Assembly: GCA_002269645.1 (NCBI GenBank)
Contig: NIVC01001916.1
Location: forward strand, 124,001 to 188,000
Length of the DNA: 64,000 bases
Direction: 5' to 3'
Source: Macrostomum lignano
Lineage: Eukaryota
The notes under the pieces are model-generated. The model saw only the letters and a list, made by a program, of their open reading frames with translations, was not told the origin of the DNA and did not search any database. Both the position numbers and the translations under genes were made by a program. Every line of letters begins with the position of its first letter. The stretch's first letter is position 1. Below are positions 51,601 to 63,714 of the stretch, piece after piece.

Positions 51601-53116
51601 CCCTCCCTCTCCTCCACTCCAGCGCCCTCCCTCTCCTCCACTCCAGCGCCCTCCCTCTCCTCCACTCCAGCGCCCTCCCTCTCCTCCACTCCAGCGCCCT
51701 CCCTCTCCTCCACTCCAGCGCCCTCCCTCTCCTCCACTCCAGCGCCCTCCCTCTCCTCCACTCCAGCGCCCTCCCTCTCTTCCACTCCAGCGCCCTCCCT
51801 CTCCTCCACTCCAGCGCCCTCCCTCTCCTCCACTCCAGCGCCCTCCCTCTCCTCCACTCCAGCGCCCTCCCTCTCCTCCACTCCAGCGCCCTCCCTCTCC
51901 TCCACTCCAGCGCCCTCCCTCTCTTCCACTCCAGCGCCCTCCCTCTCCTCCACTCCAGCGCCCTCCTCTCCTCCACTCCAGCGCCCTCCCTCTCCTCCAC
52001 TCCAGCGCCCTCCCTCTCTTCCACTCCAGCGCCCTCCCTCTCCTCCACTCCAGCGCCCTCCCTCTCCTCCACTCCAGCGCCCACCCTCTACTCTCCTTGG
52101 TTATCCCTTCGTTACGCTCTTCCCTCCTCTCTGTTTTACTTACTGTGTCATGCATAACCCGTCTGCTACAGTGTTTTTAAATAGCCTTTTATACCCTCCT
52201 CTTTCCCTAGCCCCTCCTCCCCCGGCGGCTCCCCTTCTCGTAGCTCTGCTAATAAAATCGTAATTCTTCTTCTCTTCAGAATAATTTGCCCAGCTGCGAA
52301 CTGTGATGGTGCATACCGGGTACTCGCAATTTAAAAAGCGTATGCTTCTTACTGATTTACTGATTTAATTCCGACGCAACCAAGCAAATCGTTTACTTTC
52401 AAGTCCGTGCATTTTTCTTGTGTTTAACTTTTCACCGTTCGGCGTTAATGCCGTGTGGCGTTGGTGTAATACTATCGCGAAATTCAATTTCCAATGTCAT
52501 TATCTAACTATTGTCGCTTTTCTGTATTACAACTATATACAATACTTCTGCATTTATTGACGTAACATTGTGCCAATAATGTCACATTGTGTGGCCTCAA
52601 TATGAATCTGTTGCTGAATGCAACTTATAGCCCATTGACCAGTTTAATCGCTTGAAATACATTGTAATGTAATACTGTATCGCTTTTGGCAATCGAAACG
52701 AGACTTTAGCCAGACTCCTCACTGATCCAAATGCTCCTCAAGCAAAGGTACGAGTATATGGAAAGCAGACTGAGCTCCGCAGACTTAGTATATTTGATCT
52801 TCGGATCGCGGATAGAACCAAGGAAATCTTGGTACGTAAATAAAATTGGAGTCACTTTTCCTACTTCCACTTTCCCTGCTCTTTCCCTGACCACAGTCTG
52901 TGCCCCAGGCTCAAGTTAGACCAACGCAAAATACTAACCTGAATAGGAAGCAAGCAACTCACTTCCCACTCTAGTCTTTTTCTGCCACTGTTGTCTTGCA
53001 ATACTCGCAAAGATCTCGTATGGCGTCCTATTTGAATTGGCGCGTCTCGTTGTTAACGTAGTCGAAAGCAATACTGGTGCCAATTATTTGTGTCGATCAA
53101 GTTTCCTAGAGAATGA
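48689..53116 (+). repeat. Left TIR arm (4428 bp) with internal minisatellite blocks
   Basis: Reverse complement of 57377-61792. Internal arrays at ~49815-49980, 50260-50700, 50710-51290 and 51455-52090 (21-bp ctccactccagcgccctccct). Confidence 0.95.
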
Positions 53117-53184
53117 TTTGTTGATAACTGTATATTCGCTGTCTTAGAGCTGCACGCTGTGTTTAACCATTACTTTGTCGTAGA

Positions 53185-53400
53185 GGAGCTGATGAAGGGA
53201 GGCGTTGGGGCGGACCTTTTGGAGGGGCGGAGCTGATGGGGGGCGGTAGCGGCGGAGCTTTTGGAGGGGCGGAGCTGATGGGGGCGGTAGCGGCGGAGCT
53301 TTTGGAGGGGCGGAGCTGATGGGGGCGGTAGGAGCGGAGCTGATGGGGGGCGGTAGGGGCGGAGCTGATGGAGGTGGATCGAAGGGGCGGAGTTGATGGA
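53185..53400. repeat. GC-rich minisatellite (ggggcggagctgatgggggcggtag)n in the element core
   Basis: Visible tandem units. Confidence 0.85.
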
Positions 53401-53608
53401 GGATGGTTTTTCTATTTATTCGACCGATTGAAGTATACACAACGTGTACGTGTATTCGAGCTACGCTGGTAGTGTAGTTGTTTGTCTAGTATAGTTTATA
53501 CATGTGTATACTGTAATGTACATGTAGTCTCACAATCTCATCAAAAGCTAGACATTTTATTTCTTTGGTTAGTAATCGTGGGGATATTAGATCCACATGC
53601 AGCTATCG

Positions 53609-54379
53609 TCATTCGGTGAAGTTATGAACCCAGTCCAGCTCGACCCAGTTGCACAGATTCTCAATTGGATTGCCAGTCCATGGTGCGGATGTTGTTCTCA
53701 GCAAGCTTCGGATCGTTGTCCTGCTGAAACTGGCAGCGCATCTACAGCCTCTGTCCATGATGCCCTCAATGCGAGTTATTGGCCCAGGTCCAGCTCTGGA
53801 GAATGCAGCCCACACCATGACATTGCCATCTACATGCTTCATGGAACCAACGGGGCACCTGGAATCGAATTCCTCACCAGCTCGGTGGCGCACATACCGG
53901 CGACCATCAGAACCAGTGCGGGAAAATTTGCTCTCATCACTCCAGATGACCTTGGCCCCAGTCCTGGGGTGTAGAGCTTGCATGTTGCTTCGCCCAGTTC
54001 AAGCGCCGCTTCCGGTTTTTGTCGGAGATGAATGGCTTCTTCCTAGCAATGCGGCCATGCAGTCCGGCAGCTACCAGACGGCGGCGGACAGTCATGGGGT
54101 GCAGCTGGACACCAAAAGTTTACGGCTGATGTCCACAGCGGTTAGCCGACGGTTGGACTCGGGCATTCGCACAATTCGTCGATCCAGTCGGTGGTCAGTT
54201 TTCGGTGCCCTGCCAGGTCTTGAGCCACAGTCTGTTTTGCCAGTGCTGCTGTGGCGCCTGAGTGCTTGCTGGACGCACGTTTTCTGCGTACGTGACTTTG
54301 GCACGCTGGGAAACTCCTTGGTCGAACAGGGCCCTGATTTTCCTACACGATTCAGGCGATAGAGCTTTGCCTTTCCCAT
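53609..54379 (-). pseudogene. Degenerate Tc1-family transposase (frameshifted, internally deleted)
   Basis: N-terminal HTH region (SRPGRAPKT..LDRRIVR..RRLTAVDI), WSDESKF, KH..GNVMVWAAFS, QQDNDPK in a shifted frame, NPIENL. A Tc1-like end AAGTGGCGCACAATGAATTAAGACCACC lies on the minus strand at ~54693-54722. Confidence 0.9.
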
Positions 54380-54921
54380 TCTAGGAGAGTTCGAGATCAT
54401 TTTTGCTTGGAGTTGTATTGAACTTGATGTTTTGGACTTTGGAATCAGCAGGGGCCCCACTGTTGTAGCACCTACCTTTTAGCCCAATTAATTAAGTGGT
54501 CTTATTACTGTGTGACTTATCAAATTCGATTGTGAGATAAGGACTTCAATTAAACAGACTCAATTGTGAGTAATTACACAACACATAACTATAATTTTAC
54601 TGATTGATACCACGGTTATCTATAACTGATTAGATTAAATGCTTCCGCAATCTGTGAAGGTTATGAAACTATAAAAGTTCGAATTTGTGTTAGGTGGTCT
54701 TAATTCATTGTGCGCCACTTTATGTATAATGTTGCTGAGTACTTTCAAGGCTCAATCCAATTACATGTACCATGTCGGAGAGGCCGTCTAAATATGGCTA
54801 AAATTACACACTAAAAATAAAGCCTGAGAATTTGCATTTACATTGAGATAAGTAGTAGACCTTGGAACTGGTTAACAGGCCTCAAAACGAGGCAAGTGTT
54901 TTAAATTGAAACTAAACTGAT

Positions 54922-56914
54922 TGATGGGTTTCGACCTTCGGGCTCCTTGTTAGGGAAGCCTTCGGGCCTCAGGCTCAGAAATAAATCAATTAGAGACCTG
55001 GCCCCCCACTCCTGTCAGATGGTCAGCCCCATGGTAACTTGATCGTGTGGCGAGCAGTCTAGGTCCTATAGCTAAGAGAGGGACAGCGAGAGACGAGCAG
55101 GGAGAATTTTGAAAGTAGAAATTAGCTAATCCGCAGATCAACTAACTTGCTGCCACCAGCCCGTGCGCCCTGGCTCACCACACCGGGACTCTCGAAATCG
55201 GGCTTCCGACTAGAAGGGGCTTTGCACTTACCTGCCAACTAGTGTCTTTTTGCTGTCAATCTCGAAGTCATAGCCGATGATAAGGGACACTGCTGGGACT
55301 AGATCGCGTTGGCCATGCAGGTACAGAGGGGACTTGTGCAGGGGATTCTTGCGGTGGCGAGTCTATGGGGTAGCTACATGTACTATTACATTGCTAAATA
55401 CGAAGATATGTACTTTTAGCCTTCAACGCGCCAACTAGCCTCTCATAGCGCTGATGATAGGCTAACTCGAACCTCAGAGACCGCATGATTCATTTACCCG
55501 AGCCGCTTGGCTACCCTAGAGTGCACAAAGTACATCTCTGGCGCCGATTCTGCACTTTTGGCAGTTTTGCTCACTGATTTGTTAGATTGGTCGACTGAGA
55601 ACTGCCTTGCCATTGGTCCACTGTGACCGGCGCCTACTAGCTTAGCTACTCATCTGAGCCATCGGCGAACAAAGAAATAAAGCCGACAAAGATAACTGTT
55701 AGATTTAACCTTCTCCTTAATTCACTTCACACTTTAGATTGAATTGGAGTCTTAGACTACTGCTGGCAGTATTATTGAATGATTCCTGCCTCAGCAACAG
55801 CACTACTGAACAAAATGAGCAAAAGTGTGCGCCTAATTCAGCTACTGCAACAGGGGACAGAAAAGGGATCACCCAATCAAGCAAGTCTAGGTAGCCTCTC
55901 ACCCAACCAATCAGAAACTCAACAGCCGGAGACCAGGTATTCCACAGTGACCGAATCGGCTCGATGCTCTGCAGCTGTAGACTCGGGATGATGCTGTCAC
56001 AATCTTCGCTGTTAGCTAGCAGGTGATGCTCTTAACTGGATGTTCGCTGCTGTCGACCGGGGGACTCGTTCTTGATGATGATGGGGGAAGTTGCAATCCG
56101 GGGATCAAGAAACGACGGTCGTGCTCCGGGAACCAGAAGTTGCGCGCTGGGCCCGAGCCAAAGTAAGAAGAAGTAGTGTCCGAGCGGGCCAAAAACTCCG
56201 GTTTAAATAGCCGCCAACTGGACCGTAGTTTGTTATAACGGAACACGTCGATTCTGATTGGCTGAGCCGTTTTGTTAAAATGAGCGCCGAATTTTCTGAT
56301 TGGCTAAGCTCGTTGCTACCCAGAATCACGTGACCGAGAGATCCTATCAGTTCCCACAGGGTCGTAAAAAGATGACAGGTGCGGCCATAAATCACTCAAA
56401 ATCGCAACAAAATGATTTATGATTTTTCGCGTAGGATTGACAGAAATTAATGAAAAAATATACATTAGAAAGCTCTTATTAAATAGAAAGTGAAGATAAT
56501 GAAGAGAAATCGCTAATCCCAAGGTACTTTTAGGGGTAAAACGCATAGCTGTCAAAGCTGTCACACGCTTGAGTGAATCCGAACAATAGGCTTTGACCTC
56601 ATAAATCTTGATGGCCTGTCAAAATGATGAGAAAAAAGCTACCGCCCGCATCCTCTCAGACCATCTGGCGCCCGCTTCAACACTGAGTGAGGCGCAGGTG
56701 GCTGTCAGATCAGCTTCGAAAGCGATGATTTATGACCCAAAAAGCTGCGCCTGAGTTATTATGACTACTAGTATGGCCAGACATTATATCTAGTATAGAT
56801 TCTATGACAATTTGCAGAAAAAAGATAAAAATGCCCCTTGCCCACTGTTAGTAGGCTAGTAAGTTTCGAGCCCATGTGCTAGCGCGGGATTTGGGAAAAA
56901 GTGCGTCCTCATCA
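54922..56914. mobile_element. ~2-kb solo-LTR-like element, copy 2, inside the giant-TIR core
   Basis: Same family and orientation as 21155-23144. TGATG...CATCA ends and a 4-bp TSD tgat. Confidence 0.75.
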
Positions 56915-57049
56915 TGATACTGAAATTGAGCATGAAAAAGCTCATTGAGCATCATTTTCTCTATAATGCAGCTGCTATCTCACGGGAGCTGCAAACACAG
57001 CTTTTAAATTGGGCTGAGTAGCTGATTGGGCCGCCTTGTTTCCACGGCG

Positions 57050-57340
57050 CCTCCGGTGTGCAGGGAATACAGGTAGCTGCATGGTTTGGTGAGCCGGGGC
57101 GCACGGACTGGTGGCAGCGGGTTAGTTAATCCGCGGGTTAGCTAATCTCTACCTTTCAAATTCTCCCTGCTTGTCTCTCGACTCGCTGTCTTCCCTTAGC
57201 TATAGGACCTTGCTGCTCGCCACACAATCCAGCTACCACGGGGCTGACCATCTGACAGGAGTGAGAAGCCAGAGTTCTAAGTGATTCATTTCTGAGTTCT
57301 GAGGCCCAGAGCTACAGGCTTAAAAAGGCCGAACCCATCA
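57050..57340 (-). mobile_element. Diverged, inverted fragment related to the left end of the 2-kb LTR-like family
   Basis: The reverse complement begins TGATGGGTTCGGCC and shares blocks cctgtcagatggtcagcccc, ggtcctatagctaag, gagaatttgaaag and ccgctgccaccag with 54922-55190. Confidence 0.8.
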
Positions 57341-57376
57341 GAATGTTGCGGAGCTGCGTCATGCCATTGAAAACGC

Positions 57377-60300
57377 TCATTCTCTAGGAAACTTGATCGA
57401 CACAAATAATTGGCACCAGTATTGCTTTCGACTACGTTAACAACGAGACGCGCCAATTCAAATAGGACGCCATACGAGATCTTTGCGAGTATTGCAAGAC
57501 AACAGTGGCAGAAAAAGACTAGAGTGGGAAGTGAGTTGCTTGCTTCCTATTCAGGTTAGTATTTTGCGTTGGTCTAACTTGAGCCTGGGGCACAGACTGT
57601 GGTCAGGGAAAGAGCAGGGAAAGTGGAAGTAGGAAAAGTGACTCCAATTTTATTTACGTACCAAGATTTCCTTGGTTCTATCCGCGATCCGAAGATCAAA
57701 TATACTAAGTCTGCGGAGCTCAGTCTGCTTTCCATATACTCGTACCTTTGCTTGAGGAGCATTTGGATCAGTGAGGAGTCTGGCTAAAGTCTCGTTTCGA
57801 TTGCCAAAAGCGATACAGTATTACATTACAATGTATTTCAAGCGATTAAACTGGTCAATGGGCTATAAGTTGCATTCAGCAACAGATTCATATTGAGGCC
57901 ACACAATGTGACATTATTGGCACAATGTTACGTCAATAAATGCAGAAGTATTGTATATAGTTGTAATACAGAAAAGCGACAATAGTTAGATAATGACATT
58001 GGAAATTGAATTTCGCGATAGTATTACACCAACGCCACACGGCATTAACGCCGAACGGTGAAAAGTTAAACACAAGAAAAATGCACGGACTTGAAAGTAA
58101 ACGATTTGCTTGGTTGCGTCGGAATTAAATCAGTAAATCAGTAAGAAGCATACGCTTTTTAAATTGCGAGTACCCGGTATGCACCATCACAGTTCGCAGC
58201 TGGGCAAATTATTCTGAAGAGAAGAAGAATTACGATTTTATTAGCAGAGCTACGAGAAGGGGAGCCGCCGGGGGAGGAGGGGCTAGGGAAAGAGGAGGGT
58301 ATAAAAGGCTATTTAAAAACACTGTAGCAGACGGGTTATGCATGACACAGTAAGTAAAACAGAGAGGAGGGAAGAGCGTAACGAAGGGATAACCAAGGAG
58401 AGTAGAGGGTGGGCGCTGGAGTGGAGGAGAGGGAGGGCGCTGGAGTGGAGGAGAGGGAGGGCGCTGGAGTGGAAGAGAGGGAGGGCGCTGGAGTGGAGGA
58501 GAGGGAGGGCGCTGGAGTGGAGGAGAGGGAGGGCGCTGGAGTGGAGGAGAGGGAGGGCGCTGGAGTGGAGGAGAGGGAGGGCGCTGGAGTGGAGGAGAGG
58601 GAGGGCGCTGGAGTGGAAGAGAGGGAGGGCGCTGGAGTGGAGGAGAGGGAGGGCGCTGGAGTGGAGGAGAGGGAGGGCGCTGGAGTGGAGGAGAGGGAGG
58701 GCGCTGGAGTGGAGGAGAGGGAGGGCGCTGGAGTGGAGGAGAGGGAGGGCGCTGGAGTGGAGGAGAGGGAGGGCGCTGGAGTGGAGGAGAGGGAGGGCGC
58801 TGGAGTGGAGGAGAGGGAGGGCGCTGGAGTGGAGGAGAGGGAGGGCGCTGGAGTGGAGGAGAGGGAGGGCGCTGGAGTGGAGGAGAGGGAGGGCGCTGGA
58901 GTGGAGGAGAGGGAGGGCGCTGGAGTGGAGGAGAGGGAGGGCGCTGGAGTGGAGGAGAGGGAGGGCGCTGGAGTGGAGGAGAGGGAGGGCGCTGGAGTGG
59001 AGGAGAGGGTAGGGGCTGATGGGAGAAGAGGGTGGGCGCTGGAGGGGAGTAGAGGATGGGGGCTGGAAAGTAAAGGAAGAGAGGGTAGGGGCTAGAGAGG
59101 GGGAGGCGCTGGAGGTGGAAAGAGGGAATAGTAGAGGCTGGATAGGGAAAAGTATAACGCGGGAAGGATAGGAAAAGTAGGAGGGTATGGAGAGTATAGG
59201 GAGGGCATAGAGGGTACAGGGAGTCCATGGGTGGGTATAGAAAAAGTATGGAGGGTATGGAGGGTATGGAGAGGTTATAAGGAGAGTATAGGGATGGTAT
59301 GGAGGGTATATGGAGGGTATGAATGGGTATAGAAGGGTATGGAGGGTATAGGGAGAGTATGGAGGGTATAGGGAGAGTATGGAGGGTATATGGAGGGCAT
59401 AGAGGGTACAGGGAGTCCATGGGTGGGTATAGAAAAAGTATGGAGGGTATGGAGGGTATGGAGAGGTTATAAGGAGAGTATAGGGATGGTATGGAGGGTA
59501 TAGGGATGGTATTGAGGGTATAGGAATGGTATGGAGGGTATAGGGATGGTATGGAGGGTATATGGAGGGTAAGAATGGGTATAGAAGGGTATGGAGGGTA
59601 TAGGGAGAGTATTGAGGGTATATGGAAGGCATAGAGGGTACAAGGAGGCCATGTATGGGTATAGAAAAAATATGGAGGGTATGGAGAGTATACGGAGGGT
59701 ATATGGAGGGTATAGAGGGTATAGGGAGAGTATTGAGGGTATAAGGAGGGTATAGAGAATAGGAGGGAATGGAAGGGTAGAACGGGAAGGGAATGGAAGG
59801 GTAGAACGGGAGGGAATGGAGGGGGTAGAATGTGAGGGAATGGAAGGGTAGAATGGGAGGGAATGGAAGGGTAGAACGGGAGGGAATGGAAGGGTAGAAC
59901 GGGAGGGAATGGAGGGGGTAGAATGTGAGGGAATGGAAGGGTAGAATGGGAGGGAATGGAAGGGTAGAATGGGAGGGAATGGAGGGGGTAGAATGTGAGG
60001 GAATGGAGGGGTAGAATGGGAAGGAATAGAAGGGTAGAATGGGAAGGAATGGAAGGGTAGAATGGGAGGGAATGGAGGGGTAGAATGGGAGGGAATGGAA
60101 GGGTAGAATGGGAGGGAATGGTGGGGGTAGAATGGGAGGGAATGGAGGGGTAGAATGGGAAGGAATGGAAGGGTAGAACGGGAGGGAAAGGTGGGGTAGA
60201 ATGGGAGACACAGAAAAACTGCTTACTAGAACAAATATAATATTAAAGTACACCTTGCAACATTTTTGTTAGCATTAGCTAGATAGAGGCACCTGGAAAA

Positions 60301-61792
60301 GAGTTGGCAATATCCAACTATAACTTATTGAACTTAAGGTAGTTAAATAGTTCCATATTTTCTAGCTCTATAGTTTCGCCTTTTTGAAAGGTGCTTGAAA
60401 TGCTGAATTCAATTTTCCAATTTGAAATCCATTTCTAGATTTTGAATTGCCTTGGGTTTATAGCTTAAAACCCAAGGGTGAAAAGATTGAAGGGCAGGAT
60501 GGCGGAAATTGGGGGATGGGCAGGATAGGAAGGAATTGGGGGGTGGGCAGGATAGGAGGGAATTGGGGGTGGGCAGGATAGGAGGGAATTGGGGGTGGGC
60601 AGGATAGGAGGGAATTGGGGGATAGGCAGGATAGGAGGGAATTGGGGAGGGGCAAAGATGGGAGATAATTGAGAAGCATGATATAAAGGAATTAAGAGAG
60701 GGAAAAAGTAAAAATATAATGATTGAGAGAACAGACATAGGTAGAGGATAGGCAGACTAGAGTAGATAGGCCTAGGCTAAATGCAATATAAGTATATAAT
60801 TCATATGACAATAAATATAAAGTAAATACACAACTGAACTAATATTAATTAATTTATTCATTAGGAAGGTTATTGGCTTCTTTTTCTTTTTCTATAGCTA
60901 GGCCTATACATTTCATAATATTGGCCTACAACAATTATTAGATTGTTAGACAAGAAGCATAAAATATAATAGGGTCTAAAATAGCTAGCCTATTTTAGAC
61001 CATATACATTTTATAGACTAATAATTTAGTAGGCCTAGCCTACTCTTAATAGCTATAGGCCTATTACTAAAATAAAATAACATAGCTAGCTACCTATCAT
61101 AGGCCTAAAATTGACAAGGCCTTTTGTGTTTCTTTTCATGGTACAAGTATAGAGTGATATTAAAATAAAGAATACAACTAAGAGCTAAAAAATTATACTA
61201 AATACCTGGCAATAAAGAAGAAAAACAAAGTAGATTAAAGCAGAATGCAATACAAAATGGCCCACATATTGATAAGAAGGCCAATATAAGGCCAATAACT
61301 GGGTGAGCCAAGGCCACCTAGCTAGCTAGCCATCAAGCTTTTACTTTTTTTAAGCCAATTAATATCTGCCTGCAACAGGACCATTTCATCCTTATTGTCA
61401 TTGTCAAGAGGTCCAAGTAGCTAGTTTATTTTACAATCATTAACCTCCTAATTAAATTTCATTCAGTCATGTCATACATGGCTTTTTGTGCAAGCTAGGG
61501 CGACACATTTCCAAAGTTTTCGACTCTAGACACAAACTGCTTTATTAGTCTAGGTCTTGAATTCATACATACTAACACAATGCCCTATACTAATTAAATA
61601 TGTCGAGCCATTATAATATTGGTTGTGCGTAGGCTTTTGAATTGCGCGCCATAACTGCCCAATACAAGTATATACAGTCCGCTTTTAATCAGAAGGAAAG
61701 CATGTTATGCTGGCAGTCGACATGCCATCTACCCTATCTAATCGTAGAAAACGTTTACCTTTTCTACCGATTAAATCCATGCTGGTCGGGTG
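57377..61792 (-). repeat. Right TIR arm (4416 bp)
   Basis: Near-identical reverse complement of the left arm, differing by small indels and repeat-unit counts. Confidence 0.95.
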
Positions 61793-62739
61793 GCTTACAT
61801 ATAACGCTAGCATTTTATTTCAGTTTATGATCGACAGCTTTTAGGTAAATTTTTACTTCTAAATGTTTAACTCTAGGATTTTACTGTAAGAAATTTATTA
61901 AGGAGGAAATAAAACAAAATATTATGACCTTATTGTTTGCCTTGTCCTGTACTTTTGTTAGCTTGAGTATTTGCATGCAATTTTAAACTCTCTCTTTTCT
62001 AAGAAAGCATAAGATAATTATCCGCGTGTTACTTCCGCTATATTTATTGAATCAGGTGGCTATCTTATAAATACCAATAGTTTCTTGATTATAATAGGTA
62101 TAAAAATGACTGCTGTTATAAAAACATTCAATAGTTTTACCATTAAACTGTGATTAACTAAATATTTTTAAGTTAAGTTATACATCAGCTGATGGTTTTT
62201 TTTCTTGAAAGTTACTTCTTTGAGTTATTAAAAGCTTTTCCTCTTTGAGGATAGGCTTTTTGAAATTTTCTGAAAATGCTATGCTCCTAAGCGATTAATT
62301 CATTAAAGCAGATTTATTTTATAGCAAAGTAGTAATAGTATATCTTGGAAGAGTTGAAAATAAAAATATAAAAAAACTAGAAGATCCATGTTTTTTTTAG
62401 ATTCAGTGCTTTTAACTTTTAGTATAAATTTATCTAGTTTTATCTTGTATATTCTAACTTTTCGCTCAATGATAGACCCTAAATGTAATAATTTTTGCTA
62501 AATTAACTATAGTGTCTATATATGAGCAAATTATGCCTTATACTTTATGAATACTCTTGAAGCTTACATTACGAGTATATGATCTACTACCCTACTGTAA
62601 ATAATAAAAATATCTTGCAATAAATTATAAACATAATATACGTTTTTATGGTTCATGAATTTTTATTTCAACTTTGATAATTTAATGACACAATTGGCAA
62701 TTGAAAATATTGCTGTTATTTCTGACTGATAAAAGAAAA

Positions 62740-63694
62740 ATGCCGGGATCAAAGAAGCCAAGATCGGTTCGGCTGCTCACAGATCTGGCCGAACAGCTCG
62801 ATCGACAGTTTGAAGGCGAAACGGCATTGCAGGAGCTCGCTGATTTTCTTCAGAGCCGCGAGATCCGCGCCGCTGTGGCCGCTCACGAGACTCTCAGACG
62901 GATGGAGAAACAGAAACGAAAACTCGGCCGTGGCATCGAGAAGAGCGCCTTCCCAGAGGCGGCGGGCACGGACTTTATTCAGGCCCTCCGGTCCGCTCTG
63001 GACACCCTCGAACCTGCGGCCGCCGGGTCCAACGACGACGCCTGCGAGCTGTACGACCTGCTGGCGTCCGCTCGGATGAACATCTTTGTGGACGCTCTGG
63101 AGGACATCGGACATCGAAATTATAAGGTTTGCCCGATACTCTGCTCCGTTTGCAGCATTCTTCATCCCTACAGACTTCCTCATCCTCCCATAGCAACAGA
63201 ATTCATCAACCCTAGCAGCAGGCTTTCTCACCCCTAGAAACAGACTCCTCATCCCCTCATCCCTTGCAACAGACTTCGTCACCCCCTAGCAACAGACTTC
63301 CTCACCTCCTAGCAACAGACTTCCTCATCCCCTCATCCCTAGCAACAGGCTCCGTCACCCCCTAGCAACAGACTTCCTCACCCCTTAGCAACAGACTCCT
63401 CACCCTGAGCCGGCTTCCTCGCCCCTAGCAACAGACCAAATGTCCCATCGTCAGGGCGAGCCGCCCCTAGGCCGAGTCTCCAGCCACGATCTGGTCGAGT
63501 GCAACGTTGATGAAAGCGAGCAGATGGCGGGCGGGAACCACAGCCTCCTCCGAGGCGCTGGCGCTCTGTCCGCCAGTCTGGGCGGCGGCTCCGAGCTGAT
63601 TGGGCAGCCGCCGGACGGTCAGGATTGGCGCGGGTCGCGCGAAGACGATTTAGACGAGTTTGGCCGGCCACAGAAGATGATCGCCTTTAGCAAG
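62740..63694 (+). CDS. 5' part of a p55/MPP-type MAGUK scaffold (two L27-like motifs and the start of PDZ); continues beyond the window
   Basis: Exons 62740-63126 and 63455-63694 (phase 0). L27-like ELADFLQSREIRAAVAAHETL and ELYDLLASARMNIFVDALEDIGHRNY. DEFGRPQKMIAFSK resembles the MPP PDZ beta-1 strand. Confidence 0.65.
63180..63435. repeat. Minisatellite (cccctagcaacagacttcctca)n in MAGUK intron 1
   Basis: Degenerate tandem units. Confidence 0.85.
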
Positions 63695-63714
63695 GTGAGA
63701 GGGCAGAGGTGCGA

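Larger units (their letters stand above)
48689..61792. mobile_element. Giant foldback-type DNA element, 13,104 bp, ~4.4-kb terminal inverted repeats, 8-bp TSD, no cognate transposase seen
   Basis: Ends CACCCGACCAGCATGGATTTAA... and ...TTAAATCCATGCTGGTCGGGTG. Exact TSD gcttacat at 48681-48688 and 61793-61800. Arms are 48689-53116 and 57377-61792. Confidence 0.93.

Noticed and set aside
52682-53116. Short coding-like stretches at the inner end of the arms (e.g. QAKVRVYGKQTELRRLSIFDLRIADRTKEIL, vaguely OB-fold-like)
   Set aside because: No start codon, no consistent exon chain on either strand, and too short to assign without a profile search.
53609-54460. Tc1 transposase as the cognate enzyme of the giant-TIR element
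   Set aside because: It is broken, has its own Tc1-type end at ~54720, and Tc1 yields TA rather than 8-bp TSDs.
54728-57349. Direct repeat aatgttgc at 54728 and 57342 as a TSD of a composite inner element
   Set aside because: The implied ends are only 4-bp inverted and do not match the LTR-family terminus. Probably chance.
48689-61792. Inverted arms as a long-read fold-back artefact
   Set aside because: A 4.26-kb unique spacer, small differences between arms and an exact 8-bp TSD argue for a real insertion. It has not been checked against reads.
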